The notes under the pieces: model-generated
Told to the model about the DNA's origin: nothing
Database searches by the model: none
Seen by the model: only the letters and a program-made list of their open reading frames with translations
Translations under genes and position numbers: made by a program
NCBI GenBank assembly: GCA_951406725.2
Contig: OX597818.1
Coordinates: 122,450,001 to 122,514,000 of the forward strand
Direction: 5' to 3'
Source: Octopus vulgaris
Lineage: Eukaryota
Length of the DNA stretch: 64,000 nucleotides
In this document: positions 13,580-26,555 of the stretch, in pieces
Layout: every line of letters begins with the position of its first letter
Numbering within the stretch: the first letter of the stretch is position 1

Positions 13580-13880
13580 TAATAATAATAATAATAATGA
13601 TAGTAATAATAATAATAACAATAATAATAATACACTTTTTTCCCGACACATTAACACTTCTGCCAATCAAATATCATGGGATTTCGAAAATAAATCTTTC
13701 TACAATACGCACAAAACCAGAAAATTTTGTGGAGTGACCAGTCGATTACATTGATCTCAGTGTTCCACTGGTACTTATTTTGAAGAGCAAAGTCAAACTC
13801 GGTGGAATGTAAAGCCGGAAGGAATACCGCTAAGCATCTCGTCCGGTTTACTAATGATTCTGACAGCTCATCGACTTAGG
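13110..13880 (-). mobile_element. Cluster of three decayed family 2 SINE copies, one interrupted by (AAT)n at 13517-13631
   Basis: Repeated cggaatttgaac.cagaacgta and gtcgatta...cagt motifs at about 13240, 13476 and 13800. Confidence 0.7.
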
Positions 13881-14185
13881 TTTCTATAATAATGAATATA
13901 TTTTAATGACATTTTTAATCAGACGTTTTTGAATATACTCAGAAACATCTTCAAGCGAATACACAAATAAATATGAAATACTCTTGTAGAAATACAAAGA
14001 AAAACAAAGGCAAATAAAGGAAAAGTATCAAAGCAGAATTCTTTCATTGATGAACATGTAAATATTGCAATGAATAGGAAAGTGTATGAGATTACCTGGG
14101 TCTCACAAATAATTGCAAAGTCACTACCAAAGATAGTTTAGCAGATTAATCAACTGAAATATAGGTTTGAAGACATTGCAAGAGG

Positions 14186-14253
<68 letters not shown>

Positions 14254-14568
14254 GCTGCTTCTGCTGCTGCTGTTGAGCGAAGCGGTCTTCGTCCCAGAGC
14301 TCGCAAGATCGCGCCTCTGTAGTGGGAGAAGTCCGAAACGTGGTCCTTTGCTATTCGTAAGACCCGCAGAAGAGAACGCGGGTCAACCCCTGATACCGAG
14401 AGCATCGACGGATGGATGAATGCGCATCCAGGCTCAGCGGTTGCGTAGGAAGTCGGGGACAAGAAACAGGAAGAAAGAGTGATAGAAAGTTGGGGCGAAA
14501 GAGTACAACAGGGGTCACCACCACCCCCTGCCGGAGCCTCCTGGAGCTTTAGGTGTTTGCTGCTGCTG

Positions 14569-14624
<56 letters not shown>

Positions 14625-14939
14625 GCTTCTGCTGCTGCTGTTGAGCGAAGCGGTCTTCGTCCCAGAGCTCGCAAGATCGCGCCTCTGTAGTGGGAGAAGT
14701 CCGAAACGTGGTCCTTTGCTATTCGTAAGACCCGCAGAAGAGAACGCGGGTCAACCCCTGATACCGAGAGCATCGACGGATGGATGAATGCGCATCCAGG
14801 CTCAGCGGTTGCGTAGGAAGTCGGGGACAAGAAACAGGAAGAAAGAGTGATAGAAAGTTGGGGCGAAAGAGTACAACAGGGGTCACCACCACCCCCTGCC
14901 GGAGCCTCCTGGAGCTTTAGGTGTTTGCTGCTGCTGCTG

Positions 14940-14998
<59 letters not shown>

Positions 14999-15012
14999 GT
15001 TACTACTACTAC
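14186..15012 (-). repeat. Tandem duplication (369-bp period) of a headless family 3-related SINE fragment between (CTA/CTG)n tracts
   Basis: 14271-14557 and 14640-14925 appear identical; they share aagaaacaggaag..agagtga.agaaagttg...ccctgccggagcctc with 9070-9165. Confidence 0.9.
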
Positions 15013-16364
15013 AGTCAACGACGTGTGAACGCTTCAGCAGCAAACAAATGTTATCACAACGAACAAAATCTCCCACAAGAGGAACATAATAAAAATGCAG
15101 TAACTGTGTCTTTATAAAACCATTTACCCTTCGACTACATACAAAATTATCAAGGCTGAAAATAAAGAGGAAAAATATCAACATTCTCTGCTGTGTCAGA
15201 CAATAATATCATATATACCTACTTACATAAACACACAGACATACAGGCACAAACACACAGTTACATAGACACAGACACATACACACATGTATGTGTGTAT
15301 GTACGCACGTACGTACGTATCTATGTGTATGTATGTATGTATGTATGTATGTATGTATATGTAATACTCAGACATCAACGCAATATATGTTTTCTCAAAG
15401 ATTGGATAAATATATATTATTTGCTCATATTGTATGAAATAATGGATACCATTTACTATTTATATATATATTGGTTCATTTTACTCATTCTTTATTGAAT
15501 ACGAACATATTCAAGATAATACTGTCAAATAACGCACAGAATGATAGCGAACATATTAAAACCGAATGAAACTATGTCGAGATAGTGTCACACGGACGAC
15601 TTATTTCGTTTTGATACAATATTTTGCAAGTTCTTGCGCAAACTAATGGAAATAGTAGGCAAGTCGCCTTCAAACCATTCGCTAACTTTTATCTGTTAAA
15701 AAGAAAGAAAGCATATATAGGAAAAGATAGAATAGGCACTGCTAGAATGTCTCTAATCTTGAGTCCTCACGATTACGGGTGACCAGAGGTGAAACAACAC
15801 TTAGGTGATCATACTGTTTCTTGTTGCAAATGGTCTTCAGAAAAGAGTAAGATGATTTGGACACTTTTTGTTATCGTTTAATCAAGGATGAAAGAGTCAT
15901 TTGTGTTCACTTTTTCAGAAGCTCCGGGAATGATTGGAAAATGAAGGGAGGTATTTTCATCAAAGCAGAGATCTGGTCCAATGCTTGTAAAAGTAAATTT
16001 CGCTAACTGCTCTCAAACACGAGGTATTGGTGTTTAACTGGGGCAATGGTTTAAGTTTAATACACAAGGAATGTGAATGAGCACAACCGAAGCAAATTCC
16101 ACGAAGCATCTAGTCTGATGTTTTAGTAATTATACCGATTTATTCCAATGGGTCTCGTAGCCAAAATGGACGTAAGCAAGATTTGAGTTTTACGGAAAGA
16201 ACCGGAAAAATACCAGAATGAATTCAGTCAATCACAATAACGTCTTTGACACTTTGCTGTCTATATAGTCCTAGATACAAAGAAAAAATGAAATACATCA
16301 TGGTCATATCTTCTTGAACAACAATGACAACAACAATATTAATTTCTCGCTCTTTCCAAATTGG

Positions 16365-16423
<59 letters not shown>

Positions 16424-16579
16424 TGGCAGGGCTGGCCTGCTAGGTAGCCGGCCAGAATGCTAGAAGAAGATCATCAACGATCAAACTACAAGGGAAATTC
16501 TCTAGAGGAAGAATTTAGCGAACACCAGAACCAAATTTGGCGGGCAGGACATATGAAAAATTAAATAAAAAACAGACTT

Positions 16580-16657
16580 AAATGCATACCTCGGTTTCGG
16601 TCTTAACAAAAGAATTACTTGCATAATTCAAGTGTCCGTGACTTCATCAGTACATTC
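16580..16657 (-). ncRNA. Type I hammerhead ribozyme with extended stem II
   Basis: gaatgta-CTGATGA-a-gtc...gac-c-GAAAC-cgag-GTA-tgcattt; 7-bp stem I including two G-U pairs. Confidence 0.7.
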
Positions 16658-17125
16658 GGTCCTCGAGATGCAAACTGAAAGACTAACCCCAGCTCTCTGT
16701 GTCAAGACAGACACGTGCTTAGTCTTACTGATTACATCGGGAATAAAATTTCGAATGTCTTGGTTCTGGCGCGCTAAGAGACTCCTGAAGCGAAGGGCTG
16801 CAGTGAATAATTCACTGCGGGTAATGCTTACAACTAGGGAACTTATTTATTTAAATATTTAAAAATTAAGGGAGATAAATTAATATTAATTTTAATATCA
16901 ATTTAAAACCAGTAGTCCAGCATTCAAAAAATCTGAGGAGTCAGAGAAAATTCAAATATATGTGTATATTGGCAGGGCTGGCCTGCTAGGTAGCCGGCCA
17001 GAATGCTAGAAGAAGATCATCAACGATCAAACTACAAGGGAAATTCTCTAGAGGAAGAATTCAGCGAACACCAGAACCAAATTTGGCGGGCAGGACATAT
17101 GAAAAATTAAATAAAAAACAGACTT

Positions 17126-17203
17126 AAATGCATACCTCGGTTCCGGTCTTAACAAAAGAATTACTTGCATAATTCAAGTGTCCGTGACTTCATCAGTACA
17201 TTC
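17126..17203 (-). ncRNA. Second copy of the HHR, GAAA mutated to GGAA (probably inactive)
   Basis: Plus strand cggttccgg here versus cggtttcgg in copy 1. Confidence 0.6.
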
Positions 17204-17748
17204 GGTCCTCGAGATGCAAACCGCAAGACTAACCCCAGCTCTCTGTGTCAAGACAGACACGTGCTTAGTCTTACTGATTACATCGGGAATAAAATTTCAA
17301 ATGTCTTGGTTCTGGCGCGCTAAGAGACTCCTGAAGCGAAGGGCTGCAGTGAATAATTCACTGCGGGTAATGCTTACAACTAGGGAACGTATTTATTTAA
17401 ATATTTAAAAATTGAGGAGATAAATTAATATTAATTTTAATATCAATTTAAAACCAGTAGTCCAGCATCCAAAAAATCTGAGGAGTCAGAGAAAATTCAA
17501 ATATATGTGTATATTGGCAGGGCTGGCCTGCTAGGTAGCCGGCCAGAATGCTAGAAGAAGATCATCAACGATCAAAGTACATGATCGTTGATGATCTTCT
17601 TCTAGCATTCTGGCCGGCTACCTAGAGGCCAGCCCTGCCAATATACACATATATTTGAATTTTCTCTGACTCCTCAGATTTTTTGAATGCTGGACTACTG
17701 GTTTTAAATTGATATTAAAATTAATATTAATTTATCTCCCTCAATTTT

Positions 17749-17796
<48 letters not shown>

Positions 17797-17944
17797 CCCA
17801 ACACATCAACCTTCACAGGCAGAAACATAATTGAGCTTAAGTAAAAATAAGATAAGTCTCATTTGACTTGGTTTGAATGCTAACGACTTTGTCAGCTTTC
17901 ACCACTAGAATTTACAAATATTGGTTCCAAAACATTCGACTGCA

Positions 17945-18058
17945 AGAGGATGAAAGGCAAAAATGGACCTGAGCAGAATTTGAACACAGAACGTGCAGAT
18001 AGACATAATATCATTAAGCATTTTCCCCGACATACTAACGATTCTGCCAGCTCATTAG
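17945..18058 (-). mobile_element. Decayed family 2 SINE fragment
   Basis: aggatgaaaggcaaaa...gaatttgaacacagaacgt...aacgattctgccagctc. Confidence 0.65.
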
Positions 18059-18489
18059 GATGTACAATATATACGGCATTTCGATTGCTAACTGAATTTC
18101 AACAGTTCATGAAGTACGCAACGAAAAGCATATGTACAATGGTCCTATAATTTTAACTAGTTGTGTATACACGTCTTATACATACACACATATACGCACA
18201 CAAAGATATTTTGGTTTAAATATATTTTATTTGTTATTTATGTTTTGGTTTATGTCTATCACTGTTTGGGTTGCATAAAAGTGGTTTTATCTCTAATTTA
18301 CATATATATATATATATACCACTGGTATTTGAGTACTCTTTTTTCCACCTTGTTTCACATTTATGTGTTTACTCCGGTATATATATATATATATATATAT
18401 ATATACCCAACACACAAACCCACACATGCAGAAACATGCTTCAGTTTAAAAATGGGATAACACACATTTGACTTGATTTGAATGCTTTT

Positions 18490-18617
18490 GTGTTCCTTCT
18501 GCCGAAGAGCGTATGCTCGAAACGTAAAAGACTTTCTCACTTTCCCGAGAGTCAAACTAATACACCTGTTTGTTGTTTATACACTTGTCCTTGTCATTAG
18601 TTTTTCTTTAAATTTCA

Positions 18618-18622
<5 letters not shown>
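18490..18622 (+). mobile_element. PLE 3' terminal fragment with HHR (CTGCCGA core)
   Basis: CTGCCGA-A-GAGC-gtat-GCTC-GAAAC-GTA-aaag at 18499-18530, followed by the family tail ending in (TA)n. Confidence 0.7.
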
Positions 18623-18653
<31 letters not shown>

Positions 18654-19312
18654 CACACACACATTTATATATTCATAGGTCTGAGTGCGTGTATACAAAT
18701 GCAAGTCAGAATGTAATGCAATTATTATGTGCGTTAATTTTTGACCTACCCTCGTATCTGAATATGTGTTTGTATATTCACACGCACATCCACACACACG
18801 TACACACACACACGCACACGCATCCACATAGACACGTACAAACACACAAACACAAACAGACTCACACACACACAAACGCGCACACAGATGCTTGCATAGA
18901 TAAATATATATAATTGTGTTCGAACGCTCGCTTATATTTAAAGCGCAATACATATTCTGCGAGCGATATTTTCCTTACCCTCAGAATACATTGATAACTT
19001 TTCTGGCAGCAGTTAAGAGGAGGAAAGTACATGGTTCCTGATTCTAGGTTCAAGGAATGAAAACTCCAACAAGCATACCACAATAATACATACGTTGAAC
19101 GTTTTCCCTAATCTAAAAGTCATGAGATATAGTTCCTCTCATCTCTATATACACTTTTATTTTCTTCAACACGCTATATAATCTGACCTCAGCAATCAGC
19201 TTTCTTAGAGGAGAACGTAGACCTTTCAGTTAGATTCAAAAGGAATTCTGTTACCATTGTTGGTTTGCTGGTGAGAGTTGCAAGTATATCGAAATTGAAT
19301 TACATCAATGCA

Positions 19313-19405
<93 letters not shown>

Positions 19406-19533
19406 TTCTCTGTATGTGTATTTATATCTATATAGCCATACATGTAAACATACAAATATATATGTATAAGCATATGATGATTTTTTATATAGAAGAGAAT
19501 GTTGCTGAGAGTATGCATTTATCTGTGTGCTTG

Positions 19534-19564
<31 letters not shown>

Positions 19565-19855
19565 GCAAGAATGTATGTACGTATATGTGTATGCATGTAT
19601 GTATGTACGTTTGTATATATACATGTGTATCTATCAGTAGTTTTATTTATGCATTTACATGCATATATATATATATATATATATATGAATATATATGTAT
19701 ATATGTTTGTGTGTGTGTTTATGTGTGTATATATATACACATATATATATATATACATAAATACATACATATATGCATACACATACGCATGTGCCCGCGC
19801 ATACATACTCACATATGTATATGTGTGCGTGAGTGTGTGTTTGTGTGTGTGTGTG

Positions 19856-19900
<45 letters not shown>

Positions 19901-20304
19901 ATGCGTGAGTGCATGTCCTTCCTAAACGGTCGTTCAATAGGCAAAGCTTTAGATTGTTCTCCGGCGAAAGTTTAAGCGTAAAAATAAAACTAATAACGAA
20001 CACAAAAATATGCGAAGAAAGAAAAAATTCAAGAGACAGAAGTAGTAGAGATAATGAAAATAATGAAAATAAAACGAAAAATCGTTGTATACTATATAGA
20101 GAGAAGAGAAACTTGTCAAAAAAAAAAAGAAATAAAACTGTACGTAAAGTCACATTGAATGTATGGTGAATGATTTGTATTATTGGAAATGTTTTGATTA
20201 AGCCATTGTAGATATTTGGCCAAACTTGTATGCACATGCAGCTCTGTTCATGTCATTAATAGCCTCAGATAAAACGTTTCGGAATTTAGCTTCTCGATAT
20301 TTTA

Positions 20305-20625
20305 TGAATCCAGATATATTGAACTGAAATGTGGCATAACAAACACTTGCTGAATGACTCATGTGTGAGTTATGGAAAGTATGGAGTGATATCTTCTGAA
20401 TATCCAGATATACTAAACTGAAGTATGGCATATAAGACTGGCTGAATGACTCATCGATGAGTCGTTAGACTGAAGTTTGGCATATAACACTGGCTGAGTG
20501 ACTCATGGGGGAGTCCTGGGAAGCGTGGAGTGGTATTTTATTATTATCCTGATATATTTAGCTGAAGTATGGCATATAACACTGACTGAGTGCCTCATGT
20601 ACGAGTCGTGAGTAGCATGGAGTCG
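20305..20625. repeat. Degenerate minisatellite (4 units, periods about 94/52/92 bp) with TGACTCA motifs
   Basis: ctgaagt.tggcatataa.actggctga.tgactcat at 20324, 20418, 20470 and 20562. Confidence 0.8.
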
Positions 20626-20807
20626 CCACTTAATTAACATAACCCTCAGGTCCGTTCTGACCCGTAGCGGTTGTTATTATCAGGGCCCCATCTATGGGTT
20701 AAATAAACTTCGTAAGCTTAGATTGAACTCCTTAGATGCAGTGAAAACAATCAGTCTAGGAGAATGAAAACTAAAAAACATAACATAATACACTTTTCAA
20801 ACATACC

Positions 20808-21020
20808 TATTTCTTTACTACCCACAAGGGGCTAAACACAGAGGGGACAAACGATTTAAGTCGATCATATCGACCCCAGTGCATAACTGGTACTTATTTA
20901 ATCGACCCCGAAAGGATGAAAGGCAAAGTCGACCTCGGCGGAATTTGAACTCAGAACGTAGCGGCAGACGAAATACTGCTAAGCATTTCGCCCGGCGCCG
21001 GCGTGCTAACGATTCTGCCC
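20808..21020 (-). mobile_element. Family 2 SINE with 8-bp TSD
   Basis: Well-preserved copy; TSD aacatacc at 20800-20807 and 21021-21028. Confidence 0.9.
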
Positions 21021-21399
21021 AACATACCCTAAGCGCCAGCACACAAAAGTATAGCTGACAAAACTAACATGACGTGTCTCATGTTTGTACGCATTCAACC
21101 ACCAACGGAGATAGGAAGAAATGATTAACTCACCCGTTGTAGAGCACTCTTGTATTAATGGCATTCCTTTAACAGCTCTTGAGTATCTGTTGTCACTTTA
21201 AAATCCCATATCTTGTGTAGCGTAAATTAAATACTGAATAATAGCCTTGGTCGTAAATTGAATCAGGGCTTTCTAAATCTTATTTCTCCAGATATAATTG
21301 ATCATCCAACGGCTGTATTAAGAGACTGCACTTCTTATATGCGAATTAAATAACTAATCAAGCGTTGCGATGGCAGAATTTTACATCTTTTCTTTTTTT

Positions 21400-21631
21400 T
21401 TCTTCCACTTGTTTCAGTCATTAGACCCCGACTATGCTGGGGCACCTTTTTGAAGAGCCTTACTCAAACGAATCGACCCCACTGCTAATATTTTTAAAGA
21501 CTTGTACATATTCTATCGGTCTCTTTTGCTGAACCGCTAATTTACGGGGACGTAAACCACACCGGCACCGGTTGTGAGGTAGTGTTGATCGACAAACAAA
21601 TATACAGAGACACACGTGCACACACACGACA

Positions 21632-21701
<70 letters not shown>

Positions 21702-21930
21702 CAGGCACACATACACGCAAACATACGAACACACACACGCACACACAGACACACACACATATATTTACAACAGGCTTCTTTCTGTTTCTGTCTATAAAAT
21801 CCACTCACAAGTTTTTGGTTGGCCCGAGGCTTTAGCAGAAGACACTTGCCCAAGGTGGCACGCAGTAGGATTGAACCCGAAACAATCTGATTGGGAAGCA
21901 CATATCTTACCACACAGGCCTGCCTGCGCC
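21400..21930 (-). mobile_element. Family 1 SINE with expanded internal (CA)n
   Basis: Tail cttgtttcagtcatt and head gcccaaggtggcacgcagtagg...gcctgcgcc flank (CA)n at 21635-21760. Confidence 0.8.
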
Positions 21931-22152
21931 TAAATACGGAAAAAAATGCATGTAAGTGGCAGATAGTTGCATAGACAGTAAAAAGAGATGATTTACGATG
22001 ATAGTAAACGATGATAGTACCATACGATAAAGCTACTGCACATAGTGCGATTGAAATTGATAAATGTGGTTGTGGTGACGGTGAGATATTTAAGGTCGTT
22101 GATGACGTCGATGTAGCTGCTGGTGAAAATGATGATGATGATGATGACAGTA

Positions 22153-22188
<36 letters not shown>

Positions 22189-22444
22189 GATGACGGTGAT
22201 GATAAGGAGGAGGATGTTGGTGATGCAGAAGATAAGAATAAAACTAAATAAAGAAACTTCTAGAAATAAAGACATTTGAATCAATGTTTTAACCATATTT
22301 AATCTGTTAGTATCCTATAGGACGTTACACTAAATCCTATTCTTCAAATGACGCTCACCCAACCACCACTAACAACACTATCAACAACAACAACAACAAC
22401 AATTAGTGCTAACAAAATGAGACTTTGTGAAAATCATATCCATT

Positions 22445-22600
22445 GATGACTGTGTGGTAAGAAGTATGCTTCTCAAACACATGGCCTCGGGTTCAGTCTC
22501 ACTTATATACCTTGGGCAGGTGTCTACTTCTAGGTGATATGCTAACTAATAGATGAAGCACCTTGTGAGTGGATTTGATAAACTGAAAAAAGACCGTCGC
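22445..22600 (+). mobile_element. Family 1 SINE 5' half (decayed)
   Basis: ctgtgtggtaagaag...gggttcagtc...ccttgtgagtggatttg. Confidence 0.65.
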
Positions 22601-22604
22601 ATGT

Positions 22605-23433
<829 letters not shown>

Positions 23434-23817
23434 CTTGCGATTTGGCTTCCAATACATTTAAACATTCAGTATTCTGATCGGGAATCAATGCTTTATTTCA
23501 TGGTAGACGTTAGTTAATGTAGCGGAGAGACGGACAAATAAATAAATAAATAAAAAGAAGTAAAATAAAAATATCTGACGTAGCGTAAAGGTGAATCAAT
23601 GAACTTCATCGAAGAATACATTAATAATTAAATAAATAAAATAACATAAATAACACAAAATAAAGAAGGTTAAAGGAGCAACAATAACACTAATTTGGTG
23701 AGTGTGACTAGTTTTAATGCAATCATTATATTTTTAAGGATTTCCTTTTATGGCCGTGTTCGACGTTAACCACACATTACTGTCTTGTCGAATATCAGAG
23801 ATTTTTTCTTGATGTGT

Positions 23818-23892
23818 TAATAAACGACGTCAGTACTGTCTTTTACATGGCGCTTTGAATTTATACATACACACATATATACGTACGTAGAG

Positions 23893-23926
<34 letters not shown>

Positions 23927-23972
23927 TAAATTCAGACCGTCATATAAAAGACAGTACTGACGTATTTTATTA
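23818..23972. repeat. Inverted repeat (about 52-bp arms) around a (TATG)n core
   Basis: taataaacgacgtcagtactgtcttttacatggcgctttgaatttatacatac versus gtatgtataaattcagaccgtcatataaaagacagtactgacgtattttatta. Confidence 0.8.
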
Positions 23973-23990
23973 CACATACATTTATGCATA

Positions 23991-24039
<49 letters not shown>

Positions 24040-24128
24040 AGTATTTTCAAAGTTGAACAAATTTTTTCTCTTACGAGGTTTTTCACGCTAACTACTTGAT
24101 CATTTCTTATAAAGATTTTATCCTATTT

Positions 24129-24197
<69 letters not shown>

Positions 24198-24312
24198 CTG
24201 TGTGTGTGTATATATATATATGTATGCATAAATATATATATGTGTATATATAAATTAACAGAATGAGATAAAAATCCAAGGCTGTGAAAGATTTCTGAAC
24301 ATTTATATATAG

Positions 24313-24360
24313 GTCTTACAGCTGTTTCCGGGATATTTTATATATCCCTTCATCGGAGGC
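24313..24360 (-). ncRNA. Type I HHR (CCGAUGA core)
   Basis: gcct-CCGATGA-A-GGGATAT-ataaa-ATATCCC-G-GAAAC-agct-GTA-agac. Confidence 0.7.
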
Positions 24361-24585
24361 AATGTGAGAAGATGGTTAAGCAATAGTTATTCTAGATAAG
24401 ATATGAAATACAGAGTGTAGTGGAGGAATGAAAATCGACGTGAGATATGCAGGGATATTGTATCTTTAGTGTTATTATTTAGGCAGAATGGTATACATTT
24501 AAGATTCCTTTACCTTCCAATAATATTTAAAAATGTATTTCATATCGTATCTAGAATAACTATTGCTTAACCATTTTCACACACC

Positions 24586-24633
24586 GTCTCCGATGAAGGG
24601 ATATATCAAATATCCCGGAAACAGCTGTAAGAC
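24586..24633 (+). ncRNA. Type I HHR (CCGAUGA core), all stems intact
   Basis: gtct-CCGATGA-A-GGGATAT-atcaa-ATATCCC-G-GAAAC-agct-GTA-agac; stem III is the palindrome ACAGCTGT. Confidence 0.8.
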
Positions 24634-24834
24634 CCCCCATTTTTAAATGTTCTGAATTCTTTCACACCTTTGGATTTTTATCTCATTCCGTTAACTTTTT
24701 TATATATAGACATGGTGATATATGACCTACGTTGGATTCCTCATTCGCATATTCACCGAACCTGGACCTTAACTATAGTCTGTACATAGCACTTAAAAAC
24801 CATTACTTGATACCTTCTCTCTCTCTCTCCCTCC

Positions 24835-24891
<57 letters not shown>

Positions 24892-25536
24892 AAAATTAAT
24901 TAAAGATAATTTCAGTGAACTCAATGCGTTCAAGTCATATATATAAACATCTTATACAAATATATGTCGTTTTGCCTTAACAGCCGGTGCAGACGGTTTC
25001 AGTATGTGAAAACCCCCACCTGTTTAAGCAGGTGGATGATATGTCACTTTGTTATAGGTGTGAAGTGACTGGCGCCCCAAACCACAACAGTGTTTATTTA
25101 AGGTGGTAGTTTCAAGTGGCTTCTCTAGTACATAGGGACTGTAACAGTACTTGTCAGTTACGGTCACGTTGATGTAGTGAAAACTCAGTGACATCAGATG
25201 GTCAGTGAAAAACAAACCATGTGTCTAAACCAGGCGGGTTGTTAATGTCACATAGTCATCGGTGGGCTCACGTGTGAGTGGTGTAAATCCAAAAGAGAGT
25301 GAGATCGCTTTGCTCTCATGCGTTATTCTCCTTGCCTGAGGTTACCGTGGTCTTTTCCGTAGGCTTTTCTTTCCACCCTAACCGTAATCTATTTTACATT
25401 TTTACTCCGCCTTATTTTGCTGCTTACACATCCCAAACGGTTTCGATACCATTTGATCGTTTTTTTTTTCTTTCGTAAAGAAAAGTTCTACATTGTATTA
25501 TTTCCTCTGCGTTCGACCCTGCGTGGCTAATAAAGA

Positions 25537-25597
<61 letters not shown>

Positions 25598-25638
25598 GCC
25601 TGTCTGCCTGTCTGTCTGTCTCTCTGTCTCTTTGTCTG

Positions 25639-25685
<47 letters not shown>

Positions 25686-26030
25686 ATCTATGTAACAGTT
25701 GACATATCACCTTATCAACGTCAAATTTTCATAACTATACCTATACTGGATCCACCAATTTCTTACTTTGTCTAGGAGTGAAGGTAGTTATACGCTTTAG
25801 AGTTAATTTCAATTCCGACCTATCAAATTATGGAATCGACAATCCTTATATTCTCTGTGTATTTTCAGACTCTTCATATATTCCTTCGTTTAATTGCCTT
25901 TCTCTTTTTCCCTTTCTCTTTTCCCCTTACTCCATTTCTCAATCTGATTTTGTATCCACTGCATCTTTCTTCCACTCTCTACTTTGTATGTATGTATGTA
26001 TGTATGTATGTATGTATGTATGTATGTATG

Positions 26031-26061
<31 letters not shown>

Positions 26062-26145
26062 GTACGTATGCATGTATGTATACATATATATGTATATGTA
26101 AGTATACATCTATATATATGTATATATATGCACATGCATAGATGC

Positions 26146-26176
<31 letters not shown>

Positions 26177-26555
26177 ACACATACATTCACTGCCCTCTAT
26201 TTCAGCACGTTCTTTAGAATTCTCTTCACTTTATCTAAATGACAATACCGCACCATTCATTAATATGTGCTTCAAGTCATCTAGCTAACCTCAAAGCGTG
26301 CATTAAGTTGTCACATTTCAGCTCAATAACTTGAAATTACCTACTTTGTCGTTTTGTTAGCAAAATCAAATACCACCCTCTGTAATTACGACACACTACT
26401 ATCAAGATTTTGGTTATTAGGTTTTTCTTCCGTAGTAAAACTTGTCTCAACGTAATCGTTCTAATGTGACAAGCTTTCATCTGCTGGACTTAAAATCGAT
26501 CTTTTCCCACCGGCGATGAGACACGGAGTTGAAGGAAAAAGAATAGTAAAATAAT

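Larger units (their letters stand above)
16420..17755 (-). mobile_element. Non-coding PLE-type/retrozyme-like element: about 2.1 tandem copies (546 bp) plus an inverted terminal arm, in (TA)n
   Basis: ttggcagggctgg at 16423, 16969 and 17514; 17582-17755 is the reverse complement of about 17400-17574; one HHR per unit; (TA)n on both sides. Confidence 0.85.
24252..24705. mobile_element. Fold-back PLE-type element with two divergently oriented HHRs
   Basis: 24252-24411 approximately the reverse complement of 24535-24705; flanked by (TA)n; another copy at 44005-44290. Confidence 0.8.

Noticed and set aside
16930-16955. Plus-strand CTGAGGA...GAAA as a hammerhead
   Set aside because: No stem II can form (gtcaga)
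25205-25268. Minus-strand CCGATGA plus 7-bp stem as a hammerhead
   Set aside because: No GAAA or NUH site after the stem
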